Source of the DNA: Octopus vulgaris
Lineage: Eukaryota
Direction: 5' to 3'
DNA: 64,000 nt
NCBI GenBank assembly: GCA_951406725.2
Contig: OX597821.1
Span: forward strand, 41,788,001-41,852,000
Shown here: positions 26,157 through 41,581 of the stretch, one piece after another
Layout of the letters: each line of letters begins with the position of its first letter
Position numbering within the stretch: the first letter of the stretch is position 1
Notes under the pieces: model-generated
Databases searched by the model: none
Told to the model about the DNA's origin: nothing
The model's input: only the letters and a program-made list of their open reading frames with translations
Position numbers and translations under genes: made by a program

Positions 26157-26690
26157 TATCAATGGCCAGCATATTAAAAAATACCTTTAAAGGTTAAATT
26201 TATAAACAATTTATAAGTAAGAGCAAAAGAAAATATTTCTAATGCCAAAATATGCCGAAAATAGATACAACGTCAATAAGCATGTAATTTATCACAACAA
26301 GCACGCGTTTCGAAGAAAGCCGACTGAAATTTCTAAAAAATTACGTTATTACCATATCGGACCCGATTTCAGAGTTTGTTCATAAGAACCTTCCCTTCAT
26401 CAGTGATAAATGCGGCAAAGAAATAAGTGAAATACTTACTTATACCCACGGAAGAAGCGAACACTAAGTCATGAGCACAATTAAGTATCCCAAATATATC
26501 CAAGATTGAAACTCTCTAGCTCATCCCGAGACACATGCGATTCGAACTAAAAACTCTCGTAAAGTGAGTGAGTCCGGAAGTGAATACTATTAAATTAACA
26601 TCTACATTGTTATTGGCGTTGTCTCTATTTTCAGCTTATTTTGGCATTAGAAATTCTTTCTTTTGCTCTTACGCTCTTACTTATCAATGG
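26157..26690 (-). mobile_element. Penelope-like pLTR fragment: inverted arms (about 26213-26285 / 26605-26683), hammerhead motif at 26354-26409, flanking direct repeat tatcaatgg
   Basis: Minus strand ttatca-CTGATGA-aggg...ctct-GAAA-tcgg-GTC-cgata; tail agcatattaaaaaa shared with the 39660 element. Confidence 0.7.
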
Positions 26691-27469
26691 ATTTAGAAGG
26701 GCCTACAAACTTGTGAGCTCACAACACCATTTCTCCAAAGAGTTCCCGAAGAAAGGATTCTAACCCCGAAATATTCAAATAGAATGTAAAACATAAACCA
26801 TCGACTTGTATTACTTTTCATCACTTGGGTTCCTTTGGTTTGGGGTTTATATAAAAGAAAATACAAAAGCATTTATATATAGATATATAGATAGACGTAC
26901 ATACATACATACATACATACATACATACATAGTTACTTACTTACTTATTCACAGGGTCTTTAGACAATTTCAAAATGTCATTACGAGAAACTTAGATGAG
27001 GTGGCAACTAAATTTTTATTGCATATTAATATATATTAAAAACACTTTATTGCTAAAGTATTTTTAATGATACTAATAGTTTTATTAATGTTATTTTTTT
27101 ATGTTTCACACTGCAATGAATGTTGTTTTTATGTTTCTGACAATTACTACTCCACAGGAGAAAAAACACAATGTGTGTCTTGGCTTATCGAAACAAAGTT
27201 GGATATTCTAACACGAAAAAATTACGAAGCTAAATATGGACACGAAGCTCTGCTACGTCAGTTGATTTGCAACTGGCGTAAGCAATTTATAGAAACAGGG
27301 ATGGTGCTACGCAAACCAAAGAATGGAAGGCCAAAGACATCTGAAGAAGATATTAAGCGTACTCATCAGTCATTTCAACGTTGTCCATCTCAGTCCTTCC
27401 TTAGAGCTTCTGCGCTACTGCAACTACCGAGATTAAAGTGTTGCATAAGAACCTGAGGCATTATACATA

Positions 27470-27701
27470 AAGGCGGCGAGCTGACAGAAACGTTAGCACG
27501 CCGGGCGTTAGCGTTGCGGTATTTCGTCTGCCGTTACGTTCTGAGTTCAAATTCCGCCGAGGTCGACTTTGCTTTTCATCCTTTCGGGGTCAATAAATTA
27601 AGTACCAGTTACGCACTGTGGTCGATGTAATCGACTTAATCCGTTTGTCTATCCTTGTTTGTCCTCTCTGTGTTTAGCCCCTTGTGGGTAGTAAAGAAAT
27701 A
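27470..27701 (+). mobile_element. SINE family A, full length
   Basis: 12-bp TSD gcattatacata. Confidence 0.92.
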
Positions 27702-28081
27702 GCATTATACATATAGAATTCAATTATTGCAAAAATTCGAAGATGACTTCTTTGATTGCATTATTTTACGGATGAGGCAACTTTGCATGTCTGTGGGAAA
27801 ATTTAAGCAGCATAATGCAAGAAATTGGGATCTCCATCCAAATATCATCCTTTAACAAGATGAAGCATTATCACATTGGGGAATAAACGTTCGCAGATTT
27901 CTAAATGAAAGGTTTCCAGATTGCTGAATAGGAAGAGGTGACATGATTCCTAGGCCCCATAGTTGTCCAGATATGACGCTCATAGACTTTATCTCGTGGG
28001 GCTGTATGAAAGATATTGTGTACTACATTAAAGTAAAGGACTTCGATGACCTTAAGCAAAAATTAACTGCCGTCATTACGA

Positions 28082-28303
28082 CTTATTTCTTTATTGCCCA
28101 CATAGAGGAGACAAACAAGGACAGACAATCGGATTAAGTCGATTGCATTGACCCCAATGTGTAAATGGTACTAAATTTATCGACCCCGAAAGGATGAAAG
28201 GGAAAGTCGACCTCGGCGGAATTTGAACTCAGAACGTAACGGCAGACGAAATACCGCTAAGCACATCGCCCGGCGTGCTAACGTTTCTGCCAGCTCGCCG
28301 CCT
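28082..28303 (-). mobile_element. SINE family A
   Basis: Reverse complement of family consensus; interrupts the transposase C-terminus. Confidence 0.9.
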
Positions 28304-28535
28304 TTACAACTATTGATGAAGGTATATTAAGAAGGATATGGACAGACATTGAATATCGCTCAGATTAGATGTACTTCGTGCACGAATGCGGTCCATACAG
28401 ACATTCATCAACTATTTCTATATCAATTTCACTGTTTACTTGATATTGTGTAAACATTTCAACGGTATCCAATTTCCCTTGAAATTTGCTAAAATTTTCG
28501 ATTTGTGTAATGACTCTGTGGACACCCTGTATACG

Positions 28536-28573
<38 letters not shown>

Positions 28574-28721
28574 CGACAGACTTCCTTCTGTTTTCCGTCT
28601 ACCAAATCCACTCTCAAGGCTTTCGGCTATAATAGAAGACACTTGCCCAAGGTTCCATTAAGTGGGACTGAACTTGGACCCATGTGGCTGAAAAGCAATC
28701 TCCTTACCACACAGCCAGCCC

Positions 28722-29716
<995 letters not shown>

Positions 29717-29756
29717 AATTTACTCATCTCACACTGTATGTATATGTATATCTATA

Positions 29757-29804
<48 letters not shown>

Positions 29805-29986
29805 CGTGGTGTAATCCCAGTCAACTTGATCTTCACAATAAATCTCATTCTACTCTTACTATGAAATGACACCATAACTAAATGTTCCGTTGTTAAAGGT
29901 GATTCAAAATAATAACCTTATCTCAACACACAAAAACACACATTCACTGTTACGTGTATATTGTATTTGATACTGTTACAGTGCAT

Positions 29987-30051
<65 letters not shown>

Positions 30052-30601
30052 TGTGTATGAGTGTGTGTTTTTATGTATATATGCACACATATATACAATG
30101 TATGCATTTGTAGATGTAGTTATGTACGTTAGACTATAATCAAAAGTGTGACGAAGACAACACCCCTGACATTAGTTTTGTGCCTACACTCGACCTGTTT
30201 CAGTGTGTAGCAAAAATAGTGAAGTACAACAAGTTAAGATATGAAAATAGCTGGCCATATTTCCTAATAACCTGCTGAAACTGTTGATATAGCGACGAAA
30301 ATACCCTACGTTTTTTTTTTATGTGTCGTTGTTCATGCTTAAACCAGGAAAGCAGCTTTTGAGAATCACTCACCGTAAAACCCCCACAAAAAAAAAAAAA
30401 AATTGAAGAAAGATATAAAGGAAAAAGGAAAAAAGGAATGTCTGTGAGAAGATAACGTTAAGCAGACGACAATTGGTTGGTTTAATGATTTGGTTGTTAT
30501 TCATCCATGTGGAATCGTCACACAAGTCCTGAGTCAATATATGAACGAGGTGAGAACAGAGAGTATTATTATAGAAACGAAGAAAATGAAGAAATGCACA
30601 G

Positions 30602-30633
<32 letters not shown>

Positions 30634-30842
30634 GTGTGTGCTTGTGCTTGCGCGTGTATATGTACATGTGTATGTGAGTGTGTTTGTGTCTTTGTGTGTA
30701 TGCGTGTGTATGTGTAAAATAAAAATATCCTACAGAATCATAGTTAGTTTCCATACAAAGTATTATAAATACTTTTCATTTCAGTCATGTGTGTATGTGT
30801 GTGTGCATTGTGTATGACCAGGTTAAGAATCTCGTTTCCACC

Positions 30843-30852
30843 ATTATCATCA

Positions 30853-30899
<47 letters not shown>

Positions 30900-30924
30900 T
30901 CAATTATGTTTATTATTGTTGTTG

Positions 30925-30988
<64 letters not shown>

Positions 30989-31007
30989 CATTATTATTAT
31001 TATTATC

Positions 31008-31060
<53 letters not shown>

Positions 31061-31065
31061 CATTA
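30843..31065. repeat. (ATT)n/(ATC)n trinucleotide microsatellite
   Basis: Direct. Confidence 0.95.
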
Positions 31066-31388
31066 AAAGGCAAACAAAGAGCAGACAACGCTGTAAAAGA
31101 ACGATAAATCAGTAAAAAGTCGTGAAACAGAGCGGACATGTTCACAACCATTTATTATTCCAGACGACAGAAAATTCAAAGAAATTTTCAGTGAATAGAA
31201 ATTTAACATCAATTGAATCACACTTTCTCCTGAAGTTAAAACAGCAGATGCATGTCTTGGTAGTGTGTCAGGCTGTCGTCCAACCAGTCGCTGGTTCGTA
31301 TCTCATCACCAATCCTGCATGAGCCCGTGGTCTAAACACGACTCTTCCTTGTCCGGTCAACTTGTAAATAAGTCCCAGACTCCTTTAA

Positions 31389-31595
31389 CCCTTTAGTGTT
31401 CAGATTACTCTGTTAAATGTAATACTTTTTCACTCAAATTGTTTTGAATTAATCATGCTTTGAGGTTTCCATGATGTGACTGTTTATTTTTAGAATATCA
31501 ATGTAGATTAGGTGTGAGAGGCCTGATCTGGTCAGTTTAAACATAAAATAGGTAGAAAACTTCGGCCGGATATGGCCAGTTTAAACACTAAAGGG
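31389..31595. mobile_element. piggyBac-type MITE
   Basis: TTAA-ccctttagtgtt ... aacactaaaggg-TTAA. Confidence 0.92.
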
Positions 31596-31799
31596 TTAAA
31601 CACATGCTACAAGTATTTCGTCGCCTGCAATGAAAAGAAAACCTTCCCTACAAATTTCGTCTGCGGTTCAGTTATTATCAAGCTGACGCTGGCTTCTGAA
31701 TTGTGCGTGATTCCACAGTTGAAATCAGTGGCACTCAACCATATTCTGATTTTGGATCCCTCTGGTTCCTATTTAACCCTACTGGACCCCCATAGCTCT

Positions 31800-32212
31800 T
31801 TTAGTCTTTTACTCTTTTACCTGTTTCAGTCATTTGACTGTGGCCATGCATGAGCACCGCCTTTTTTAGTCGAGCAAATCGACCCCAGGACTTATTCTTT
31901 GTAAGCCTAGTACTTATTCCTTCGGTCTCTTTTGCCGGACCGCTAAGTTACGGGGACGTAAACACACCAGCATCAGTTGTCAAGCGATGTTGGTGGGGGG
32001 GGGGACAAACACAGACACACAAACATACATACATATATATACATATATACGACGGTTTTCTTTCAGTTTCCGTTTACCAAATCCACTCACAAGGCTTTGG
32101 TCGACCCGATGCTATGGTAGAAGACACTTGCCCAAGGTAGCACGTAATGGGACTGAACCGGGAATCATGTGGTTGTTAAGCAAGCTACTTACCACACAGC
32201 CACTCCTACTTA
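31800..32212 (-). mobile_element. SINE family B, near full length
   Basis: Matches the 15195 copy; atagct direct repeat on both flanks. Confidence 0.9.
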
Positions 32213-32296
32213 TATAGCTATTCACTATTTTAAAAATCCTATTAAATATCGTTAGGATTTGTATAAAAAAATTGTTCAAATATTTTGCGTATTGTA

Positions 32297-33234
32297 CAGG
32301 GTGACCACTGAAATACTGAAGGGTTTTGAAAAAGTCATAACTTGCTCGTTTTCAGTCGTTTTTTTTTCTTCTTCTTTTTGCATGTTGTAGATCATCCTTT
32401 GGAGATTAAAACGGTTACGTATGATGTCCAGTAACGAGTAAAACTCATTGAATTTTTCTATTCCAGTAAAAGATCAATTATTCAAACTCTGACAAAATAC
32501 CGGCAACATTTTGCTGTCAGAGTATCTCCTAGCGATAACATGATTCGGAACCTAATTGCCAGGTTTGAAAGAACTGGATCAGTTGGTGATCTTCCTGGAA
32601 GAGGTCCTAAGTGCACTGTACGCAGTGACGCAGTGGTGGAAGAGCTGTACGGGAGAGTGTCCCTGAGGATCCATCAGCCTCTACTCGTAGTTGCTCTAAT
32701 CAACTAAGCATCGCCAGAACATCGCTTCAGAAGATCCTGAAACTGGATTTAAAACGTTTCCATCCAAATCTCTCTATATATAAAGCTGAAGTTGTCTGTG
32801 TATGGCAGGTTTGGTAGCCTTCAACTAACACTATCTCCTCTGAGACCCTGCGGCGCAAGTTGACCAAAATTGAAAGTATGTTAGAAGAAGGCTTGCTCTT
32901 CCTTCCGTAGAAGAAAAAATTCAAATCGGACCATGTTAATACCAAAAATTATTTACATTAAATAAGTGCTTTTTTTCTATGAAAATCCCTATTTTTTACG
33001 ATTTTTTGACTGCTGTGTCGCCAGTTTTTCAACTAGAAAAATGTTCACTTAAAGAGAATAACAAGCTACATAATGCAAAATTTTTACTTTTCAAAAATTC
33101 CAATTCTAAAGGGTCGAAACAAACTCGATCAACGCTGGGCGATACTGCTAGTAAAATAATAAAAACGTAAAAAAAAACGTGTTTGTAAAAGTTATTTTTG
33201 TTTTATATCATTCAGTCTTTCAGTGGCCAGCCTG
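32297..33234 (+). pseudogene. Internally deleted Tc1/mariner element (N-terminal HTH part of transposase only)
   Basis: TIRs cagggtgaccactgaaatactgaa / ttcagtctttcagtggccagcctg with TA TSD; encodes IRNLIARFERTGSVGDLPGRGPK. Confidence 0.88.
32769..33151 (+). mobile_element. Helitron He1 inserted in the Tc1/mariner remnant
   Basis: A|TC...CTAG|T junctions. Confidence 0.85.
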
Positions 33235-33575
33235 TAGAAGTTTAACTGCACATAAATTTTAATAACAAAATCTCATATGGACCTCGGCTGAGAAGCTCTA
33301 GGTTAAATGAAGAATAATAAAAGTTGTTTTACTGCATTTATTTGTGAAATTGTATTTGTAAATATCCAGTCGATGTTCTTCAAAGTAATGTTTCCAAAAG
33401 TTTCCAAAACATTTTTTAGCAACAGAAATATCTTTGTTATATAAATAATGAGAAAAACATTCCAACAGTTTGCCGAGATTTCGACTTTAAAATCAAAATT
33501 GTTTCATCTGAAATCACATTCGTAATTCTATTGAACAGAAAAGAAAACCAAAATAGGCAGCTTAAAAGATTATAG

Positions 33576-33655
<80 letters not shown>

Positions 33656-33764
33656 ATGTATATATAGATATCTATATGTATACATATATATATATATATA
33701 CATATATATCAATCTATCTATTTATGTATCTATATATATACATACACACACATATACATATATA

Positions 33765-33807
<43 letters not shown>

Positions 33808-33884
33808 GTATATTTATACACACATATATATATATGTATATGTATGTATAAATTTGTATGTATATATATATGTATATATATGTA

Positions 33885-33950
<66 letters not shown>

Positions 33951-34370
33951 GTCTAGTGAATCTACGCCACTTAATTTGTCCTTTGTGTAAACACACAACT
34001 CATTATTGAAAACTGCGCCGACTAAAACTACTAACGAATTCCGTAACAGTTTCTCTATCCAGAACAACGTGCTCCGTTTCCAAACATTGGGTTTTTTGGG
34101 TCTAAAAAGATTATCTAAATTACTTTTATAAATCAGACTTTCGTTCTATGTAAATTCTCTTTTAACAACACAAAGACATTCACTGCATTTTTCAAAGAAA
34201 CTTTAGTGTCCTATTTTTCGTCTGGACTCACCATTTTTTTTTTCTTTTAATGTGGTAAGAAACACTCCTCGCTGCTGCTCGAAGATACCAACTTTTGATG
34301 TGAATAATTTGTCATATATTCTTGGCTGTTCACAATGTGAGACTGGTTGTGTGTGAACTTATTTTCATAT

Positions 34371-34565
34371 ATACGTGGGCAAAGAAAACGCAAGAGGATC
34401 AGTTAATTATGATTTTATTCAACATATTCCCTTTTCATATTCACACATTTATTGCAGTTGTCCCTCGGTTTTTCTAAGCCCTGTAAAAGAACTCGGAAGG
34501 CTGGGCCTCCAACAAGGTCTTTCGTGATACCCTTAAAGCCAGGGACTTTTCAGCACCGTTTCGTA
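34371..34565. mobile_element. Mariner-type MITE remnant
   Basis: End gggacttttcagcaccgtttcgta resembles a mariner TIR plus TA; the other end is degenerate. Confidence 0.4.
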
Positions 34566-34615
34566 TTATGAACCAGTGTCATTATATTTACAAAAGTGCA
34601 TCCAATAAATTAAAT

Positions 34616-34891
34616 CAGTAGTCTCCTAAATGGGCTTTATTGCCCTCTTGAGGGCGATAGAACGTTCCAAGAGGGTGTTGAAGAAAAGTGGGGCGATAAT
34701 GGGGTAGCAAGTCATGTAGAAACAACAAAATAATGGGTTCGCTAGGTTAACCTTTATTAGTGAAATACGGTTGCTTTGAATTTGCTTCAGAAAGAGGTCT
34801 ATGTTTGTAATGGTTAGTTGGAGGTTGGACCGCTAAGAATGTAGCCTAGGTGTCAAGGGGGCCGCAGTCTGATAAAGTTTGGGAACCACTG
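34616..34891. mobile_element. hAT-type MITE
   Basis: cagtagtctcctaaa / tttgggaaccactg; TSD aattaaat/aattaagg. Confidence 0.7.
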
Positions 34892-35410
34892 AATTAAGGG
34901 GAAAACATTTAAGGAATATAGCAAGAAGGGATCTTCTGAATATAACTTCCTGGATATCTTCTGTTTTTTTATGTTATATTTTACTTGTTTCAGTCATTAG
35001 ACTGCGGCCATCCTGGAGCACCGCCTGGAAGAGTTTTTAGTATATCTTTTTCTGAAAATACATGAGGTTGTGGTTCCGGACTGGGAAAATCTGGCAGCTA
35101 TAGTTCAAAACTTGGCAGAGGCCTTGCTACAAAGCTATGGAGTATTACAATGTTCAATTCTCAATAGAGAAGACAGTAGTGTGAGTTGCATGAACTAAAA
35201 TAGGACTACAGCATACAAAATAATTTGAATACCTGTTTAATGGTCAACTGCACTCGAGTACTTAATTACTTGTAAGAAGATCGGATCAAGAATAGTGCCA
35301 GCGTTTTGACCAAGGGCCATTCAGTGCCGAAGAGGAAATACGAACCATCGACATGTTGCCTGCTTATCTAACACACTACCAACGAGAAGGCACTTTCACA
35401 CTACCATCTG

Positions 35411-35705
35411 AAGGCGCATGGCTCAGTGGTTAGAGCGTCGGGCTCACAATCATGAGGAAGTGAGTTCGATTCTCGGACTGGATTGTGTTGTGTTCTTGAG
35501 CAAGACACTTTATTTCACATTGCTCCAGCTCACTCATCTGTAGAGATGAGTCGCGATGTCACTGGTGCCAAGCTGTATTTATGGCCTTTGCCTTTCTCTT
35601 GGATAGCATCGGTGTTTCCATAAACAATCTTGCTCGGACTTGTGCCTCGGAGGGGAACTTTCTAGGAGCAATCCCATGGGGAGTGCTTACCCTTTACCTT
35701 TTTAC
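35411..35705 (+). mobile_element. SINE family C
   Basis: ggcgcatggctcagtggttagagcg A box, gagttcgattc B box, ttcttgagcaagacacttta. Confidence 0.8.
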
Positions 35706-36405
35706 CAACGAGAATATATCTGCTGTTTTCACTTCTAAAAGAAATCGATTTAAATCAATGTTAAATTCCAGTCGTTCCAATATATTCATGAAGACCACAA
35801 CACCACAGTTTCATGATCTGGAATTCTCTTTCCATCACTTCCTGAAAGACGGCGTTACCGATTCTACCAGAGAGTGATAACCATTCCATCTCTTCACTTC
35901 TCCAGGAATGTATCTCTGCTTCCTTTTGTCTTAGATTGGTGTTTATTCTGTTTAATAGCATTTTTTCATAGAAAATCTTAACAATAATAATAATAACAAC
36001 AACAACAGCAACGATAATGATAATAACAACAACATCAACAACAATAATCTTTGTTTATATCTCATTACCTTTAAAACGATTTTTACAAAGTAGCGATCTT
36101 TCCAATAATCATTGTTATTAATAATTAACAATAAACTTTATTTAGATTTCACGGCCTTTAAACTTGTCTCACAAAATAACCGTATCTTTCTACATGAAAA
36201 GTAGGCGAACCAACAATGGAGCCACTATGTAGTCGCTGGAAACGTTAGAAATAGCCGTGAAATCTCCCGCAAATTACACTCTCTGCTTATGTAGTCAAAT
36301 ATACGTAATTTTTCTTTTCTTTTCTATTACTTATTCACTTGTTTCAGTCACAGGACTGCGGCCATGCTGGACCACTGCAAACCGACTCTAATACTATATA
36401 TATAT

Positions 36406-36475
<70 letters not shown>

Positions 36476-36844
36476 AAGCCTGCAATTTATTCTATCGGCA
36501 TCATTTGCCGAACTACTGCGTTACGGCGACGTAAACAAACGAACACCGGTTGTCTAACAGTCGCGGTCGATACAAAGATACACACTCGCACACATGTATG
36601 TTTGTATGTATATACACGACGGGCTTCCACTCAGTTTTCGTCTGCCAAATTCATTCACCGCACTTCATAAAGTGAACCGCGTCTGGCAACATTTGGTTCA
36701 ATGCCCAATTTTGTTATGGACTTCACCTAAACGGTTGATATCCTCCGGTAAACAATGAACGCCACACAATTCTTTTGTTAATTTCGACGCAAAACCGATC
36801 GCCACCATCACCACCACCACCACCATCATCATCATTATAGTGAT

Positions 36845-37405
36845 CTGACAGAAACGTTAGCACGCCGGGCGAAATGCGTAGCCGTATTTCGTCTGCCGCT
36901 ACGTTATGAGTTCAAATTCCGTCGAGGTCGACTTTGCCCTTCATCCTTTCGGGGTCGATAAATTAAGTACCAGTTACGCACTGGGGTTGATGTAATTAAC
37001 TTAATCCGTTTGTCTGTCCTTATTTGTCCCTTCTGTATTTAGCCCCTTGTGGGCAGTAAAGAAATAGGTATTTCGTCTGCCGCTACGTGCTGAGTTCAAA
37101 TTCCGTCGAGGTCGACTTTGCCTTTCATCCTTTCGGGGTCGATAAATTAAATACCAGTTACGCACTGGGGTCGATAAAATCGACTTAATCCGTTTGTCTG
37201 TCCTTGTTTGTCCTCACTGTGTTCAGCCCCTTGTGGGTAGTAAAGAAATAGGTATTTCGTCTGCCGCTATGTTCTGAGTTCAAATCCCGCCGAGGTGTAC
37301 TTTGCCTTTCATCATTTCAGGGTCGATTAAATTAAGTACCAGTTGCATACTGAGGTCGGTCTCTCCCAAAAAATTTCAGGCCTTGTGCCTGGAGTCGAAA
37401 AGAAT
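36845..37405 (+). mobile_element. SINE family A tandem trimer (period about 183 bp)
   Basis: Junction aaagaaataggtatttcgtctgccgcta at about 37060 and 37245. Confidence 0.9.
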
Positions 37406-37997
37406 TAACATCACTATTACCATCGTGATCATCATCATCATCATCATCATCAACATCATCATCATCATCATTATCATCATCATCACCACCACCACCATCG
37501 ACATCAGTAGCAGCAACAGCACCATCACCATCACCATCGCCATCATCATCCTCATCGTATTCCGTCCCTGTGTAATTAGGTTAGTACGGTGAAAAGGAAG
37601 AATGAATTATAAATGTAATTTGGTAAAATCAATTTAAATTGTTGTGTCTGCTCTTTGACTCCGGTTTCAACTTGTCTCCCTCCATTTCAATAATTGTTCA
37701 TGTTTTTATTATATTAATCCGATTAAAACCAACACCAAAAGCAACAAATGCAAAACAAAACAAAATATATAAAAAAGCAAAAAAGAAAGCAAAAATTATC
37801 TTTAGTCTCGTTGTAGCTGTGTGTGTAGGGGGGAGGGGTTGTATATCTGTGTATGAGTGTGTGTGTGTGTGTGTGTATCAATGTCTGTGTGTATGTATAT
37901 CTGTCTGTGTCTGTGTTTGTGTGTGTCTCTCTGTATGTGTGTATCTGTGTGTGCATATCAGTGTGTCTGTGAGTGAGTGTGTGTCTGTGTGTGTGTC

Positions 37998-38031
<34 letters not shown>

Positions 38032-38364
38032 GAGATATACCTCTTTATAAATAGTGATGAGGAGATGATTGTCATGCCGTAAGAAGTACTTGCGTTGCTA
38101 TAGTAACGTGTATGTGTGTGTGTGTGTGTACGAGTGCGAGTATGCGCAAGTACGTGTGTGTCCCCGTGTCCGTATGTGTGTGTGTGTGTGTGTGTGTGTG
38201 CTTGTAAATGTGTATCTGAGAGTATGTCTGTGTGTGTGTGATGAGATATACTTCCTCACATAGCGACGTGTAGTTAATTGTCTCGCGGTTAGTAATAGTA
38301 CTGCAGCTCTATAGAGCTGTGTTTATAAACGTGTATGTGTGTTTGTGTACGTGTATGTGTGTGT

Positions 38365-38397
<33 letters not shown>

Positions 38398-38710
38398 TAA
38401 CACAACGAGTATACGTGACTAACTAGAAGTATATAATTAGGCGATGATCAATCTATAATAAGTCATTCCTTAACATTATTAATGACAACTTTTCCAAATT
38501 TTATAGGTATTTCTAATTAAATTTTGTCATTTTCTTCTTTTTTTTTAATTTTTCGGTCTTACGAAAATATGTTAACACAAGGTTGACTGTTCTTTTATCA
38601 TGCAGATGGCATCTCTGAGTAATAATTATCTCCAGTGATTTCTTTTGTAAATGAGGACGGTGAGGACGATGATATCACATTTTTTACTTACCTTGGCGTA
38701 GTTCAGTAGT

Positions 38711-38840
38711 GGTCAGTGTGTGTGGTTAGTGTGTGTGGTCAGTGTGTGTGGTTAGTGTGTGTGGTCAGTGTGTGTGGTTAGTGTGTGTGGTCAGTGTGTG
38801 TGGTTAGTGTGTGTGGTCAGTGTGTGTGGTTAGTGTGTGT
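38711..38840. repeat. 13-bp minisatellite x10 with strict 26-bp higher-order alternation
   Basis: ggtcagtgtgtgt alternates with ggttagtgtgtgt. Confidence 0.95.
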
Positions 38841-38869
38841 GCGCGCGCTTGTCTCCATCGTCTTTGTCT

Positions 38870-40065
<1,196 letters not shown>

Positions 40066-40619
40066 AAGCGAACTTTAGGTCAGTTAAAAATCGTTTGTGA
40101 CTTATTTCATCTTCTAAAGGCAAAATCTCTGCAGTTCTCGTGGAGAAAAATTCTCTCTTGTGGTAAGAGGTGTAAAAACACCATATTTGACAGTGTCGGA
40201 TTCCCAGACTCACCGTTCCTAGCTCTTTAGCCATTGTCGATAGAAAATACCGAAGGGAGGCAACTCTGGCGGGATTTAAAGCCGTAGCTTTAACTAAAAC
40301 ACAGTCAACAACATCGACCGAGATGCGCTATTTCACCGCCAGGTTTTGGGAGAAATTCGGTATTATCAGCGCCATGCAGTGTTTAGGCATAAGCGAACAT
40401 TGTGGTGACTCAAAATATTTTTGTGACAGATTTCATCTTTTAAAGGCATTGATAACAGCTAAAGAGCTAGAAACGTTGCATGTGGGAATCCGATAGAGGG
40501 CAACACTGAGCAGACATGGAGTTTTAACACCTTTTGCCATAAGAGAGAATTTTTTCTCCACGGTAACTGCTGTGAATTTGCCTTTGTCACAAATATTTTA
40601 ACTAATCTAAAGTTCGCAT

Positions 40620-40850
40620 GTGTGTGTTTGTGTGTGTGTGTGTGTGTGCATTTGTCCCCCACCCACAGCTTGACAACTGCTGGTAGTGTATTTACGTCCC
40701 CGTAACTTAGCAATTCGGCAAAAGAGACCGATAGGATAAGTACCAAGCTTTACAAACAAATAAGTGCTCGCGTCGATTCGTCCGACTAAAATTATTCAAG
40801 GCGGTGCCCCAGCTTGGCCGCGGTTTATTGTCTGAAGCAAGTTAAACATA
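40620..40850 (+). mobile_element. SINE family B 3' half
   Basis: tttacgtccccgtaacttagc...aaggcggtgccccagc. Confidence 0.8.
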
Positions 40851-40868
40851 ACAGGTATGTAATGTATA

Positions 40869-41260
40869 TCTTCTTTATATATAAAAGTCAAGTTGTGTGA
40901 GTGTCTGTCTCCTACGATTTAGATTCCTAACTCCTCCCACATTTTGCGGTGCAGTTTAACCAAAACCGGGTATCTGATAGTCGTGATTCATATCAAGCCC
41001 TTCTGGGTATTAGCGCGCGTCTACGATGAGTCTACGATTAAAAAAAATTTACCATCATTTTTTTCCATTTTAATGCATTTTTTCACTATTATATAAGGGA
41101 AGTAACTCTCTAAAAATGTCTACAATGAGTCAACGATTTTTAAAAAAATTTACCATAATTTCTTTTCTATTTTTAATGCATTTTTTGGCTATAACTCTCT
41201 AAAAATGCTTATATAGTTATTTCCCTTACAAACCCGAGCAACGCCGGGCGATACTGCTAG
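40869..41260 (+). mobile_element. Helitron He2
   Basis: A|TC...cccgagcaacgccgggcgatactgCTAG|T. Confidence 0.85.
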
Positions 41261-41521
41261 TAATATATATAATCGTTGCTGTTGTGCAAAAGTGTCGTAA
41301 GTCTAAAACGTTAATTTTCAGAAAACGAAAAAATAGTATCACCATTCCATAGCAAAACCGTTGTACTACACTTTGACAATTTTTTGATATCTTGGCATCT
41401 GAAGCAGCTGGAGATACGATAGTTTGACCAAAAGAACTGGCTATTGCAAGCAAAAATAGATATTGAAAAAAAAACGCCTTTGACTAAATTTGGACAAACG
41501 ACAGTTTAACATAACAACGAA

Positions 41522-41581
<60 letters not shown>

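Larger units (their letters stand above)
26951..28530 (+). pseudogene. Decayed Tc1/mariner DD41D (rosa-type) transposon with two nested SINEs
   Basis: N-terminal HTH-like WRKQFIETG...GRPKTS; QDEALSHW...IGRG...CPDMTLIDFISWG with 41 residues between the last two Asp; stops and frameshifts; end ggacaccctgta. Confidence 0.88.
31726..33300. mobile_element. Old hAT-type MITE hosting nested SINE B, Tc1/mariner and Helitron
   Basis: Left end cagtggcactcaaccat resembles the 22928 and 21295 ends; pieces at 31726-31797, 32213-32294 and 33237-33300. Confidence 0.55.

Noticed and set aside
30176-30215. Minus-strand ctacaca-ctgaaacaggtc-gagtgtag resembling a collapsed hammerhead
   Set aside because: Core and stem II are absent; single copy, cannot be supported
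30785-31151. Poly-Ile, poly-Leu and poly-Asn ORFs
   Set aside because: (ATT)n tract read in different frames
36845-37405. Regularly spaced repeats suggestive of a CRISPR-like array
   Set aside because: Whole units are repeated with no unique spacers; eukaryotic SINE multimer; no cas genes
38711-38840. Telomere-like ggttag words
   Set aside because: No TTAGGG units; GT-derived minisatellite
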